DNA of 64,000 bases from Octopus vulgaris (lineage: Eukaryota): positions 30,256,001-30,320,000 of the forward strand of contig OX597819.1 in assembly GCA_951406725.2 (NCBI GenBank), given 5' to 3'. Each line of letters opens with the position of its first letter. The stretch's first letter is position 1. The notes below the pieces were generated by a model that worked only from the letters and a program-made list of their open reading frames with translations, did no database searches and was not told where the DNA came from. Below, piece by piece: positions 24,666 to 37,399 of this stretch. The position numbers and the translations under genes are program-made.

Positions 24666-24870
24666 GAGCTTGTGTTTGTCTCCCACTACCGCTTGACAAC
24701 CGGTGTTGGTTTGTTTTGTCTCCGTAGCCTAACGATACAACAAAGAGACAAACAGAATGAACGTCAGGCTTTTATAAACCAAGGCCGATTTGATCGACTC
24801 AATCCTTTAAGGCGATGTCCAAGCATGGGCGAAATCCAGTGACTGAAGCGAGTAAACGATGAAAGAGAGA
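24545..24870 (+). mobile_element. SINE family B, degenerate
   Basis: Similar to the full-length copy at 63380-63780. Confidence 0.7.
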
Positions 24871-26496
24871 TTTTTATTCTTTTTTTTTTTTTTTTTTCTC
24901 CACTAACCCTGCTTCTCCTCTGCTGCGATTCTCATTTCCATTGCCAGATCTGTTTTCATTGCAATTCTTTTTCTTAGTTTCTTTAGTTTCGCAAACTTCG
25001 TTTCTTTCTTATGTCCCAAACATTTTTCTATTGCCAACATACATCACCGCTTTTTGACTTTTTATTGATGAGTATAAGAACTCATGTCCGAAATTGTAAA
25101 GTTTATTTCATTGCTCATTCTATTTATTATACGTCTCTGTGAATAAACATTTCCTCTGTCTTCAACAAACATTTCCTTTCTTCGTTCAAATCTAAAACAA
25201 TTACAGGTGCAGATCCAGTATTAAGAATGCTGGGGTGATGAGACAAAATTTATGGAGAAAGCAAAACCCAAGTAAAACTAGATATAGAGATATTGATGTG
25301 TACAATAAAGCAGATCTCTTTGCTGACAGGGAATGGGTCCTCTTCACCTCTAGTTAGAAACGCCACAGATGCTTATATTTAGTCATCCCAGAAATAACTA
25401 ATAAGTAATAATATAGTAATAATAGTAATACTACTAATTACTTTATATCGTTCGCATATTTCCCACCTAATATTTTAACGAAAAAAATTTACCATTTCCC
25501 TTTAGTCCCTCACTAAGACGTTCGATCATGCCCACACGAGTGTGCCCCCAACCGGATTTAAACCAGGGAGTGAGATCCTGGGGCACTTCAAGTTCGGTGG
25601 TCCCCTTATACACAAGAACTAAAATCTTAAAAAATTACCTAATTTAAATCTCAAAACCCATCTGTTCCAAATAACTGAATAATTGATGAGTTAGCAGATA
25701 AAGTTTAAAATAAATTATTCAAAATGTCGCTTTATAGATAGACTTTTTCAAAATTCAAATTTCGTTTTTCACACATCTACTTGCGGTGCTTGACTTTTCT
25801 CTCATTGTGAAGAGTACAACGAAAGAGGCAAGAGGGAGGGTAAGATTTTTTTTTTTCATTTAATTTTTTTCATTTAATGCAAGTTCATGACTTGTAAGTG
25901 TTTCAGCGGAAAGTTAAGGGTGCCACTCAAACAGGTCTCAGAGGGTTTGCTATGGTCTTGCTTACAGTCTCTTCCCCAAGGCCTACTTAAAGAATAGGGA
26001 GAACAATGGCGAATTTATTTATGTTCTCTATAGACACAATGTAAGTAATCACGGTCCGGTATTTGCTTAACCGAGGGCTACAGATCGCAAATCACTTCAG
26101 GTTTCTTGGTTTAGCTTTATTCAAGATACGACTAGCTTCACCATTCCCGTGACATGATTATAAACACTTATACATTTCCGATTTCCTTCCGGGTTTTTTT
26201 TTTTCCGCTTATCTTTCATATCCAGGACCCATTGTTATTCTGTTTATTATTATTACATTTACAATTCAGATATCTGTTGCCCTTAACAATGTAAGGACGT
26301 TTTCCTTCTACTTAGATAAAAATCGACTGATAACATTACTGAGTAAAATGCATAAAAAAGTTTACATTGACTTTTAATGTTCGTATTTGAATCATTGGTG
26401 GACTCTTTTTAGACAAAAGTTACATAATCAAATGTAATTGTAAAACATTCAACTACCACGTGCGAAAAAAAAAGTCTCCTAAAGGATATCAAATAT

Positions 26497-26550
26497 ATGT
26501 GGAAGGTAAATATATTCCGGTTGGAAATTTGTAAAAGAAAGAAAACGTAA
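26497..26550 (+). promoter_or_regulatory. Upstream ORF (17 aa, MWKVNIFRLEICKRKKT*) before GPCR-3
   Basis: Read directly; same 65-nt ATG-to-ATG distance as in paralog 1. Confidence 0.5.
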
Positions 26551-26561
26551 AATAAAACAAT

Positions 26562-27515
26562 ATGAATTATAGTAATACCACCACAATCGAAGATATTAAT
26601 TCAAGCATATTTCTTATTATGCTACCATCAATTATTCTTGTCTCTATTTTGATGCCTATTGGTGTATTCGGCAATGCTACAGCTTTGTACATTTATGGCT
26701 TTCGTTTTCAGAAACTACCTGTTCATATTTTTCTAATTTCTTTGGCTGCTTTTGACATGATTGGCTGCTTTTTCGGAATACCCTTAGAAATAGTCGGCTC
26801 GTGTTATCCTGTGATGTATCCCAACAGAATTCTTTGTAAACTAGAAAAATTTTTAATATTTTACAGTAGCATTACTTCGGCTATAACCTTGTTTGTGATA
26901 GCAGTGGAGAGATATAATATAGTTTGCCGTCATGATAAGCAACAACTTTCGGTTCGACAAGCTAAAATAACGGCTGTGATAATTGGTTTCCTTTCCATTG
27001 TAATTGCGTTTTTCGGTGCAGTGTTCTTCGATAAACTAGCGATTCCTATTTCACCAAATTTAGTTGTTGAGGTTTGTATGTTCAAACCTGCTTATGAGAA
27101 ATTTTTTCAAACTTATTTCTTAATATACCTGATAATTGACTCAATCATTTTGATAATAATGCTTCTATTATATTACCGCATTTGGAAGGCAGCTAAGAAG
27201 CATGCGAACTATATAGTAAGTCTAAATTTGAATAACATGAACGAGCACCATCAAAACTTAACAGCCTATAAAAAGATTAGACAAACAAACAAAATTCTTA
27301 TATGCATTACGTTCTTATTTGCATTCAGTTTCATCCCTAGCCTAATTTTCACAGTTGCTTATCCACAAAGTGATGTAAAACTTACAGAAGTTATGGAATC
27401 TTTGAGACAGCTGGGCTATCGAATGTGGTACTTTAACGGTGCATTAAACCCCATTGTCTATGGATTATTAAACAGTCGCTTCCGTCAGATTTTCCTGACT
27501 TGTCTGCAGAAGTAG
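26562..27515 (+). CDS. Class A orphan GPCR, paralog 3, 317 aa (short C-tail)
   Basis: 7TM; GN, LAAFD, ERY, NPIVY. Confidence 0.95.
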   Translation: MNYSNTTTIEDINSSIFLIMLPSIILVSILMPIGVFGNATALYIYGFRFQKLPVHIFLISLAAFDMIGCFFGIPLEIVGSCYPVMYPNRILCKLEKFLIFYSSITSAITLFVIAVERYNIVCRHDKQQLSVRQAKITAVIIGFLSIVIAFFGAVFFDKLAIPISPNLVVEVCMFKPAYEKFFQTYFLIYLIIDSIILIIMLLLYYRIWKAAKKHANYIVSLNLNNMNEHHQNLTAYKKIRQTNKILICITFLFAFSFIPSLIFTVAYPQSDVKLTEVMESLRQLGYRMWYFNGALNPIVYGLLNSRFRQIFLTCLQK

Positions 27516-28729
27516 CCATGACACAAACAGCGTTGTAACCTCAAACTTGTCATGAGATTATTGAAAATAACCTAAAATTAATTACTAACATCGACTCAAA
27601 GCTTACAAATTTGGGAGTGTGGTGGTGGCGCGGAACAGTTATATTGAGTCTAGTAACTAATAGATATTTGATCGATACCAGAAGCATGAAAAGCAAAGTT
27701 AGCGACAATAGAATATGGATTAAAAACAAGACATTTTGTAATGTACTCGACTCATTTTCCATCTGATATCACACCACTTACAAGAAAATGATATTTCTAC
27801 TTTAGGCTCAAGACCTGTATTTTGTGGGTAGAGGATTTGTGGATTGCTTGACCCCAGTACTCAACTGGCACTTATTTTATCGACCCCGAAATGATGAAAA
27901 GGAAAGACGAATTCCGAAAAAAATGAGCCCGAAGAAATGCAACTAAGCATTTTGTCTTCCATGCTAACGATTCTGTCAACTCGACGCCTTGTCTTACAAG
28001 CAAAATAATAAAAGTTTCTTTTATTTAATCATCAAAAGTAAATTTAAATTATTTTATTTGTTTTGTTTTTTGATAAGTAACAAAGAAACAAAATACAACT
28101 TAAGAAACATCCTCACCTTTGTTCTTCATTAAACTTCATTATCTATCAGACTTTTGATGTATAATTAGCGTTCACCTGTAAACCTTCTGTTGATATATTT
28201 TTAAATAACTCAAAAATAACAATCATTCTCCCCCACCAATATCAGATTGTCCTTCGAACCGTGGTCAGCAAAACATACTGGATTTGAATTTTCTATGAAC
28301 TAAGTTATGGTGCAAAAGATTGATGTAAACAAACACTGACGTCTTAACACTCCTGTGTTTTTGTCGAAATTCAATTCTTTCACTGCTTCGTAATCAACAC
28401 TGCTTGCCTTATTTCCTGCAACAGGAAAATAGATGACAAATCTAGCTTTCATGTGTCATTGTTTACAAAAATTCAGTTTCATCTGAACGTTTCTTTTGAC
28501 ATGTGTTTTATCTTTTCAGGATGTACGTTTGTTCATAATAATTTAAATTTCCATCCCTACTGAAACATTTGTTAACACAAAGTTGTTTGGTCGTTAGTCT
28601 GAAAAACACTTCTTACAGCCTCCATTACAGACGTTTCTGTTGAAGCTCGTATTTAGTTTCTCTCTTATAACTGATATATTTCAATATTCTTGAAAAAAAA
28701 TTTTTTTTTATTTTCCCTTATAGTAAATA

Positions 28730-29737
28730 ATGGCATTTACAGAAAACATGACACAAAATGATAGCGAGATAAATCCTTTACATACAACACGACCTGCTTT
28801 GATATTCTTGATAATAATGATGCCTATAGGAGTTTTCGGAAACTTGTTTGTTCTGTATATTTATGGATTTCGCCTTAGGAAATCACCTCTGAATGTTTTC
28901 ATATTTTTCCTGGCTATCTATGATAGTTTGAGTTGTTTATTTGGTATCCCTCTCGAATTAACATCTATATTATATACCCTCGACTATCCAAACAATATAC
29001 TTTGTAAGATGGATAAATTTATGGTATTTTTTACTTGTACTTCGTCTGAACTAACTCTTTTGATCATTTCTCTGGAGCGATACAACAAAGTTTGCCGGTT
29101 CAACAAATATCAACTTAAAATACGTCACGCCAAAATATCAGCTATCATCATCAATATCATTGCTATTTTGGTATCTGTACCACCAATTTTGTATTTCGAC
29201 CGGATTGACTACCGTGGACTGTCCATTTGTACGTACATTGTACCATATTCAAAACTGCAACACTACTTTATTGGATTACTAATTTTTAACATTATCATAT
29301 TAGTCGTAATGTCTGTTCTGTATGTTTTAGTCAGACGCAAGGCTGAACAACGCTTCAGAGAAAAGAGCATCTCACTACGGAAAAACGATCAGAAAGATTT
29401 TCGGAGGACATTTTCTGAAAAGAGGAGAAGAAGTCGACGTGTTAATTCCATTATAGCAAGTATCACTGTATTATTTGTGATAAGCTTTATCCCTTGTTTG
29501 CTTTTAGGCATAACATATCCTCTTTTGAAAAACATCAAATTATCGGTACCAGTTGAGAGACTCAAGGAATTCGGCATAAGATTGTGGATCCTAAACAGTT
29601 CTTTAAATCCTGTTGTTTATGGTATGTTAAATGCTCGTTTCCGGAATGAATTTTTGAAAATTTTAAAAGAATTATTCAATATAAAAATTTTCAAAACTAC
29701 TTCCACAACAGATTCAACACTGGAAGATTCTTCATAA
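28730..29737 (+). CDS. Class A orphan GPCR, paralog 4 (most divergent), 335 aa
   Basis: 7TM; GN, LAIYD, ERY, NPVVY; shares YIYGFR and ERYNKVCR with other paralogs. Confidence 0.95.
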   Translation: MAFTENMTQNDSEINPLHTTRPALIFLIIMMPIGVFGNLFVLYIYGFRLRKSPLNVFIFFLAIYDSLSCLFGIPLELTSILYTLDYPNNILCKMDKFMVFFTCTSSELTLLIISLERYNKVCRFNKYQLKIRHAKISAIIINIIAILVSVPPILYFDRIDYRGLSICTYIVPYSKLQHYFIGLLIFNIIILVVMSVLYVLVRRKAEQRFREKSISLRKNDQKDFRRTFSEKRRRSRRVNSIIASITVLFVISFIPCLLLGITYPLLKNIKLSVPVERLKEFGIRLWILNSSLNPVVYGMLNARFRNEFLKILKELFNIKIFKTTSTTDSTLEDSS

Positions 29738-30329
29738 AGAGAATGCCTCTGCTATGATAAGAAACATTGGATGTAAGTCAGTTACGACAGTCTTTCGTCT
29801 TTCTTGTGTTATATCAACAGCATCTGACTAAAATGTTCGTGAACTTTGTCGTATATTACTACCAGTACCAAACTGCAAAAAAAAAAAACCCCGCCAAACT
29901 TTATATGTTGGTACTCTGTCACCAATTCTTTACACCTTTCTTCTAAACAAGTTTCGAGACACTTGTTTCGTCCACTTCTCTTTAGCTTTCACCATCCTCT
30001 TTCACTTAAGATCTGAAACATCAGCTTATTTGCAAACCCTGTGTGTGGGAGAGTGCGTGTGTGTGTGTGTGCGTGCGTATGTGCATGTGTGTGTGTGTGT
30101 GTGTGCGTATGTGCATGTGTGTGTGTGCGTATATGTGCATGTGTGTGTGTGTGTATGTGCATGTGTGTGTGTGTGCGTATGTGCATGTGTGTGTGTGTGT
30201 GTGTGCGTATGTGCATGTGTGTGTGTGTGTGCGTATGTGCATGTGTGTGTGTGTGTGCGTATGTGCATGTGTGTGTGTATGTGTGCGTATGTGCGTATGT
30301 GCATGTGTGTGTGTGTGTGTGTGTGTTTA

Positions 30330-30522
30330 CGGGGGGCGGGCTGTGACGTTCCTGGTTGGAGGCCTAACCTTCCGAATTCTTTTACATGGCTTAGAAAAAC
30401 TGAATGATCGCTGCAATAAGTGTGTGAATCTGAGAGGGGAATATGTTGAATAAAATCACAATTAACTGATCCTCTTATATAATTTTTTTGGCCCAAAACC
30501 AAGAACTTTCCAGTACCCCCCG
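30330..30522 (+). mobile_element. Mariner-derived MITE
   Basis: Reverse-orientation relative of 19414-19632; encodes [11 protein letters not shown]. Confidence 0.7.
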
Positions 30523-30694
30523 CTTCGTATATATCACCTATGTGTCACCAGTGTCTGTATATATTAGTTCTCTCGCAAAATGCTTCAACAACGTTATTGT
30601 TTATTGAGCCAAATTTGTTACGTAAAATTAACTCTAAGTTTTCATTAATTCATTATATTGGATTAAAACACAAATTCTAAACATGCGAATCACA

Positions 30695-31092
30695 TCTTTA
30701 TATATAAAAGTGAAGTTGTGTGTCTGTCTCCTACGATTTAGATTCCTAACTACTCCCACATTTTGCGGTGCAGTGTAACCAAAAGCGGGTATCTTATAGT
30801 CGTGATTCATATTGAGCCCTTCTGGGTATTAGCGCGCGTCTACGATGAATCTACGATTAAAAAAAAAATTACCATCATTATTTTCCATTTTAATGCATTT
30901 TTTCGCTATTATATAAGGGAAGTAACTCTCTAAAAATGTCTACGATGAGTGAACGATTTAAAAAAAAATTTACCATCATTTTTTTTTCCATTTTAATGCA
31001 TTTTTTTTTCTATTTTTTGGCTATAACTCTCTAAAAATGCTTATATAGTTATTTCCCTTACAAACCCGAGCAACGCCGGGCGATACTGCTAG
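30695..31092 (+). mobile_element. Non-autonomous Helitron with an internal duplication
   Basis: A|TC, hairpin, CTAG|T; GTCTACGATGA...TTAATGCATTTTTT occurs twice internally. Confidence 0.88.
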
Positions 31093-33299
31093 TTTACAAT
31101 AAACTAAAAGATATTTTATATTCGTTCTTATATTTTCATTCACTTCCTAATATTGAATTCTAATTTTATTTTGAAAATTGAATACATTCGCAATAAATTG
31201 CTTTAAAAAAATTATTTATGCAAACCTTTATAAAATGGTAAATTTTGTTGAACAATTCGAATTTGTTGCGTTAGACCATATCTGTGAAGTTTAATTAACC
31301 TATCAAACGCTAATGAACGAGTGTCAAATCAGGGATTTTTTTTTTTTTTTTTCCAAATCTTATCGGTTGTACAGCTACATATGCTAATTAGCTAAATTTT
31401 GTTCAACAAGATGGGTGCATCTACTTTGGTTGTAGTCTTTAGATTTCGGTGGAGATTCGATCCTGAGGTTTTATGACAATAAGTGTAGTCTAAAAAAAAA
31501 TTCTGTTTCGCTGAAGAGATCTAATAAGACTGAAATGTACCCGTTTTTATATTCCGTACTTACCAGCATGATTAAAATATTGGTCGTTGAGTTAATGGTG
31601 TTCTCACGACATTTCTAATTAGATTATTTATGTTCTACCTTCAATATGTTCACCCCTACTTGACATTATAGCCAGAGGTTCACGTCATATGCATGTATTT
31701 CAGATATTTTGGCATGTATCTATGTTCTCAATAGTGAAGCACGGTGAGAAGGAATAGAAATAATTTTATAATGGTGTTGAACGTAGAATGTTGCTGACAT
31801 GTGGAGAGACACGGCTATAAATTGCACTCATTGTATGCTTAGACAATCGTTGCATTGGCAGAGTCGTTACAGTGTCGGAGAGAATATTTGCAGAATGTGT
31901 TCCAGTTCTCTGCGTTCTAAGTTCGAATTCCGCCGAGGTCAACGTTGCCTTTCATCCTTTCGGGGTCGATAAATACCTTACTGAAACTGATTCTTCTTTG
32001 AAACTAGTTGTGATTAGACATGGAGAAAAAAATGTATCACCAGGTTTTTCTTTATTTCTATTATTAAAATACCCCTGAGACTACTTCAGTTATCGAGGGC
32101 TCAAATAAGGAAGGAATGCCTTGAAAATTTGTCATTGAATAGAAATCGTTATTTACATAGTTTGTTACAGCAAACTGTGAAAATAACAATACTGTCCTAG
32201 CCCATGGTAGACAAGATATAAATATGATACTATGCCATTGAGTATTCACAGGATATGTAGTGAAATTTTCCTCATTTCATTTTAATTTACATCTTATGTG
32301 CAATAAGAAATGGCAAAAGACGTGAGCAACGTTCGGAGCCGTTCCAACTTGCGCACTATCACAAGCAAAACTGGTCCTTTTCTTTTTTTAAGTCAAGAGA
32401 ATTCTGAAAAGAAAATGTAAAGAACGCAAAATGCAACAACAACTACGCCCTCTCTTAACTCCTCTTTGCCTACTTGTTTCATGCAAGGATTGGTCTTTTT
32501 GCTCATAAACTCCTATCAACATGGAGGATCTACTCAGGAGGAAATTGAAATTCTAAACACGAGAAACAACCAGCGAATGACAATGTATACTATAATTTTC
32601 TGTGGATTGAGAGTTGCAAATGGCCAAGTGGATTGAGTAACGAAGAAGTGATTCGTATTTTACCGTTTGTTTACCACCAATACAGATAGGCCTCACAGCC
32701 CATCTCATCTCATTTAGCCATGTATATCCATAGAATGACTATGGAATGGGTTTCAATTGGAAAGCAGGTTACATCATTTCAAGAATGACGAATATTTTCT
32801 GAGTTCATACAGCATTTAATTCGCGTCATCATGTAGGCTTGGGTTATAAACAATATCAATATGATTCTAGCTTCAGTTCCATCACCATTATTTCAGACTA
32901 AGCCGAGAAATGGATGCATATATGCTTGTAGAACTCATTCTAGTTCTTCCTTAGAACATAAAATTAAAAACTATACACGTGCACCCTTGTTCGCTGTCTT
33001 TCCGATCTTTTTCCAATAATAATTGAAGATGGTGAGCTGGCAGAATCGTTAGTACGTCAGGCGAAATGTTTGGCGATATTTCATCCGTATTTACGTTTTG
33101 AGTGCAAATTCCGTGGAGGTCAACTTTGCTTTTCATCCTTTCAGGGTTGATGAAATAAGTACCAGTTAAGCACTGGGGTCGATGTAAACCACTTCTACCA
33201 AAAATGACAGGCCTTCTGCCTATAGTTGAAAGGACTAGTATTTATTTTAATTTTTATTTTTGTTTAATTTTTTTTTTGTATCGGACCCCTACGATGGAA

Positions 33300-33720
33300 T
33301 TTAGGTAGATTTACTCTCTGTAAACAAGTCACCAACTGTGACCTCAGCCATCCAAGAAATTTCGAATGATTTTCACCTTTCCTAACAAGCAAGCCTGTTG
33401 CAAGTATTTTGTGTGCTTCTACAAGGCAAATCTTTTCTGTCCACTCCTTGAGCCTCTTCCCTCTCTTTCTTATACTCCAATGACAATTAATACTACTTCA
33501 CTTTTTCTGCAACCCCACAATCTGCTAATCTCTCACTTCAGGTCCTGGTATACATCTACTTTGTTGAATTCTCTCTCTCTCTCTTTTTATTGTTGTTGTT
33601 GTTGTTGTTGTTGTTATCCTTGTATCAAATGGATAGGCCACATCAGTTATATAGCAAATCCGTTCCCTCTTCTCAAACACCAAGATGTCTGCTCTGCTAT
33701 ACTCTTAGATATTGAGCCGT
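33300..33720 (-). mobile_element. R4/Dong-like endonuclease-domain remnant
   Basis: Minus strand reads RADILVFEKRERICYITDVAYPFD...KVDVYQDLK*EISRLWG. Confidence 0.6.
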
Positions 33721-34055
33721 TTGGATAGAAAACTCTCGAAGAAGTTTAACCTCGTCATTTTCAGTCACTTTTTCAGGTGCATGTTCACACTAGTTGTGTT
33801 CTGATTGAAGTCGATACTCCTTGCACATTTCCCAGTGAATATTATCATCATCAGCATCATCATCATTGCGGTGACCTGGCAGAATCGTTACCACGTCAGA
33901 CAGAACGCTTCGCGGCATTTCTTCTGGCTTTAGGTTCTGAGTTCAAATTCCGCCGAGGCCTTTCATCCTTTCGAAATCGATGAAGTAAATTGAGCACAGA
34001 ATCGATTTAATCGATTAAACACCTCCCCGAAATTTCATGCCACGAACCTACAGTT

Positions 34056-34245
<190 letters not shown>

Positions 34246-35850
34246 TCTATGTTTGACTTTTGCTTTATATTTGTACAAGTTGGCTCCAAGTCTCACCCAG
34301 AGACCTCAAGAGACAACAGGGTTGGAAGTTCATGTTGTTGTTATGCCTAGTGTGCCATATATTTGGGGGGTGGGGTGTTGTACTAATGAATGTCTTTCCT
34401 GGTATCTGAGTTAGGTAGCTATCAGCCCCTTTTGCTATCATTCCCAGGGCACCTATGACAACAGGTATTGTTTTAGTCTTCAGCTTCCACATTTTGCTGA
34501 TTTCTATTTCAAGATCTTTATATTTGCTCAGTTTTTGGTAGGTCTTGACAGATACGTTTATATCGATTGGGACAGTCATATCAATGAGGAGGCATGTTCT
34601 TTGTTTGAAGTCTTTCAATATGATGTCTGGCCTATTTGCATCTATCTTTCTGTCAGTTTGAATGGTGAAGTTCCAGAGGAGTGAGATGTGGTCATTTTCA
34701 AGCACTGGAGGTGGTTTGTGTTCCCACCAGTTTTTTTCATGGGGCAATTCCAGGTTTTTACAGATTACCCAGTGAATATATTGTGCAGCTCTATCGTGCC
34801 TGTTGAGATACTCTGTAGGCGCTAGAAGACTGCACTTGGAGACCACATGGTCAATGGTTTCATTTTGTTGCTTGCATACACGACACGTTGGACTGCTTCT
34901 GATCTTTAATATGTTGGCCTGGTAGTTTCTTGTTGGTAGGCATTGATCTTGAGCTGCTATGATAAACCCCTCTGTTTCAGATTTTAAGCCAGAGGCCATT
35001 AGCCATTGATGGGTCAGGGCTTTGTCAACATCTGCATTATTTGCTCTCTTTGGGTATTTGCCATAGAGAGGTTTTTCTTGCCATTTATCATTCAGAATAT
35101 CTAAGGCCGCAGATTTAGCACGGGTTTTCATGCGCTTAGCTTTTTCTGTGCCTGTTTCTTGTATGTCTATCTCTAATTCCGAAATTTGTTGTATTCGGAA
35201 TTCACTTAGATATTCCTTTGCCTGTTTTGTTACTGAGTATGATGCTTTCTTGTTTTCATGTTTTGAGACAAGTTTTAACATCCAGTCCTCAGAGTTTTTC
35301 AGGTAGGTGTCTAGGCCAATTGTAGCAATCTTCATTGTTATTGCCAGTTGTAAAAGTCCACGGCCTCCCTCTTTTCTTGGCAGATAAAGTCGTTCTGTAT
35401 CTGCCTTAGGGTGGTGCATTCTATGCATTGTCAACAGTTTTCGTATTTTTCTGTCAAGATTACATATTTCAGTAATTGACCAGTTAACGATACTGAAACT
35501 GTAAGTCACGACTGGTATGGCTAATGCATTGATCGCTTCGATCCTGTTTCTCGCATTCAGCTCTGTCTTGAGTATTGCTCTTACTCTGCGATAGCATTCT
35601 CTCCTGATCCTTTCCTTCATCTCTGAATGCCTTATTCCTTCTCCTTCAATTACCCCTAGATACTTGTAGTTCTCTGCTGGGTCTAATTCTTTTATTGACA
35701 TTCTGCTGGTCAAGGTTAACGTTAGATGTTTCTGTCATTTTTCCTTTGATAAAGGTAGCTTTTGCGCATTTATCGAGGCCAAATTGCATTCTGATGTCAT
35801 CACTGAATTGTTTGACAATCGCTAGTAAGCCCTTGAGTTGTTGGTCATTT
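34246..35850 (-). mobile_element. 5'-truncated R4/Dong-clade non-LTR retrotransposon (RT C-terminus, CCHC, restriction-like endonuclease)
   Basis: 482-aa ORF with YKYLG, RLYLPRKEGGRGL, CRVC..ETIDHVVSKC, RHD, RPDII, LIDMTVP, KLSKY; one frameshift near 35695; embedded in TAA repeats on both sides. Confidence 0.92.
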
Positions 35851-35929
35851 TTTATTATTATTGTTATTGTTATTATTATTATTTTTATTGTTATTGTTAT
35901 TTTTATTATTATTATTATTATTATTATTT

Positions 35930-35965
<36 letters not shown>

Positions 35966-36049
35966 TTTATTGTTATTATTTTTTTTATTATTATTATTGT
36001 TATTATTATTATTATTATTATTTTTATTGTTATTATTATTATTATTATT

Positions 36050-36086
<37 letters not shown>

Positions 36087-36090
36087 TTTA

Positions 36091-36129
<39 letters not shown>
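35851..36129. repeat. (TTA)n microsatellite
   Basis: Directly visible. Confidence 0.95.
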
Positions 36130-36131
<2 letters not shown>

Positions 36132-36337
36132 ATCAATATTTTTAAGGCAGTGAGCTGACAGAATCGTTAGCACACAGGACGAAATGCTTAACGTTCTGAG
36201 TTCAAATTCCGCCGAGGTCCACTTTGCCTGTCATCCTTTCGGGGGTCGATAAATTAAGTACCAGTGATACACAGGGATTGATGTAATCAACTTACCCCCT
36301 CCCCCAAATTTCAGGCCTTGTGTCTATAGTAGAAAGG

Positions 36338-36394
<57 letters not shown>

Positions 36395-36812
36395 TCATGC
36401 GAGTTTTTGCTGCATCACCTTGTGCACTTCCGTATTCCTGAGGTGGGAGCAACATTGTGTTCTTATTTTTGTGGGGATTAGAGGAGCGTAGACTCCTCCT
36501 GTTTGTGTATTGCAGTAGTTTGTTTTGTTGTTGCTAAACAGCATTTTGTCTGCCTTCACGTTTTGAGTTCAAATTCCACCGAGGTCGCCTTTGCCTTTTA
36601 TCTTTCGGGGTTGGTAAAATATGTACCAGTTGTGCACTGGTATTTATTTTACCGACCGAAATTTGAAACCATTATTATAATAAATGTTGTTGTTGTTGTT
36701 GTTGTTCGTGGTGGTGGTCGTGGTGATGGTCTATCGATATGTATTGCGCAGCGCTCCTGTAAGTTAGTTGCTATTTGCATTGTTACACAAAGTTATATAT
36801 TGTACATTTGTT

Positions 36813-37265
36813 GGATCTTTTCGGTTTGAAAGGCAGTTCTTTTCTAGCGGTGCCATATGAAATTGTCGCCCATAATTATGACCCTAGTATCGATCTATTG
36901 CATTTCAATCTATTTTAGGGTTAGGGTTAGTTAGGGTTAGGGTTAGGGTTAGAGTTAGGGTTAGGGGTGGGGGGAAGGGTATATTTATTTTCTTCACAAA
37001 TGTAAATAAGCCCAATCTGTTTCTTAAACGAGGGACATATTCATACAGCACAGAATGTTGTTTACTTCAATGGACGTCACTGATTGGTTGAAATTGCAGA
37101 AATTGAAGAAAAAAACAACAAATATCTTACAAACTATAGAATTTTCTCAATAAAGCCAAGAGAAAAAGATGTTTTATAAACACATTTCTACCAGTATACG
37201 AAGTTTAACATTTTTTAGTTATCTAGAAATTATGTTAAAAACTGCCGTTCAAACCGAAAAGATCC
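36813..37265. mobile_element. Second copy (opposite orientation) of the Merlin-like MITE
   Basis: Same TIRs; 8-bp TSD CATTTGTT; internal TTAGGG repeats at ~36915-36966. Confidence 0.88.
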
Positions 37266-37399
37266 CATTTGTTTTTATTACATAGATGAACAAACCTGGA
37301 CCTTAGGGAACTCGTTAATTTTCCTCCACTTGTAGCCCTTGGGGACTAAATTGAGGTTTGTCTAGTAAACACGTTCCTCAAATTTTGTTTTAAAAGAAA

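Noticed and set aside
32280-32800. Non-repetitive stretch that might be an exon
   Set aside because: No long open frame or recognisable motif found by eye.
36915-36966. TTAGGG run as a telomere or chromosome fusion scar
   Set aside because: It lies inside a TIR/TSD-bounded MITE present twice in the window.
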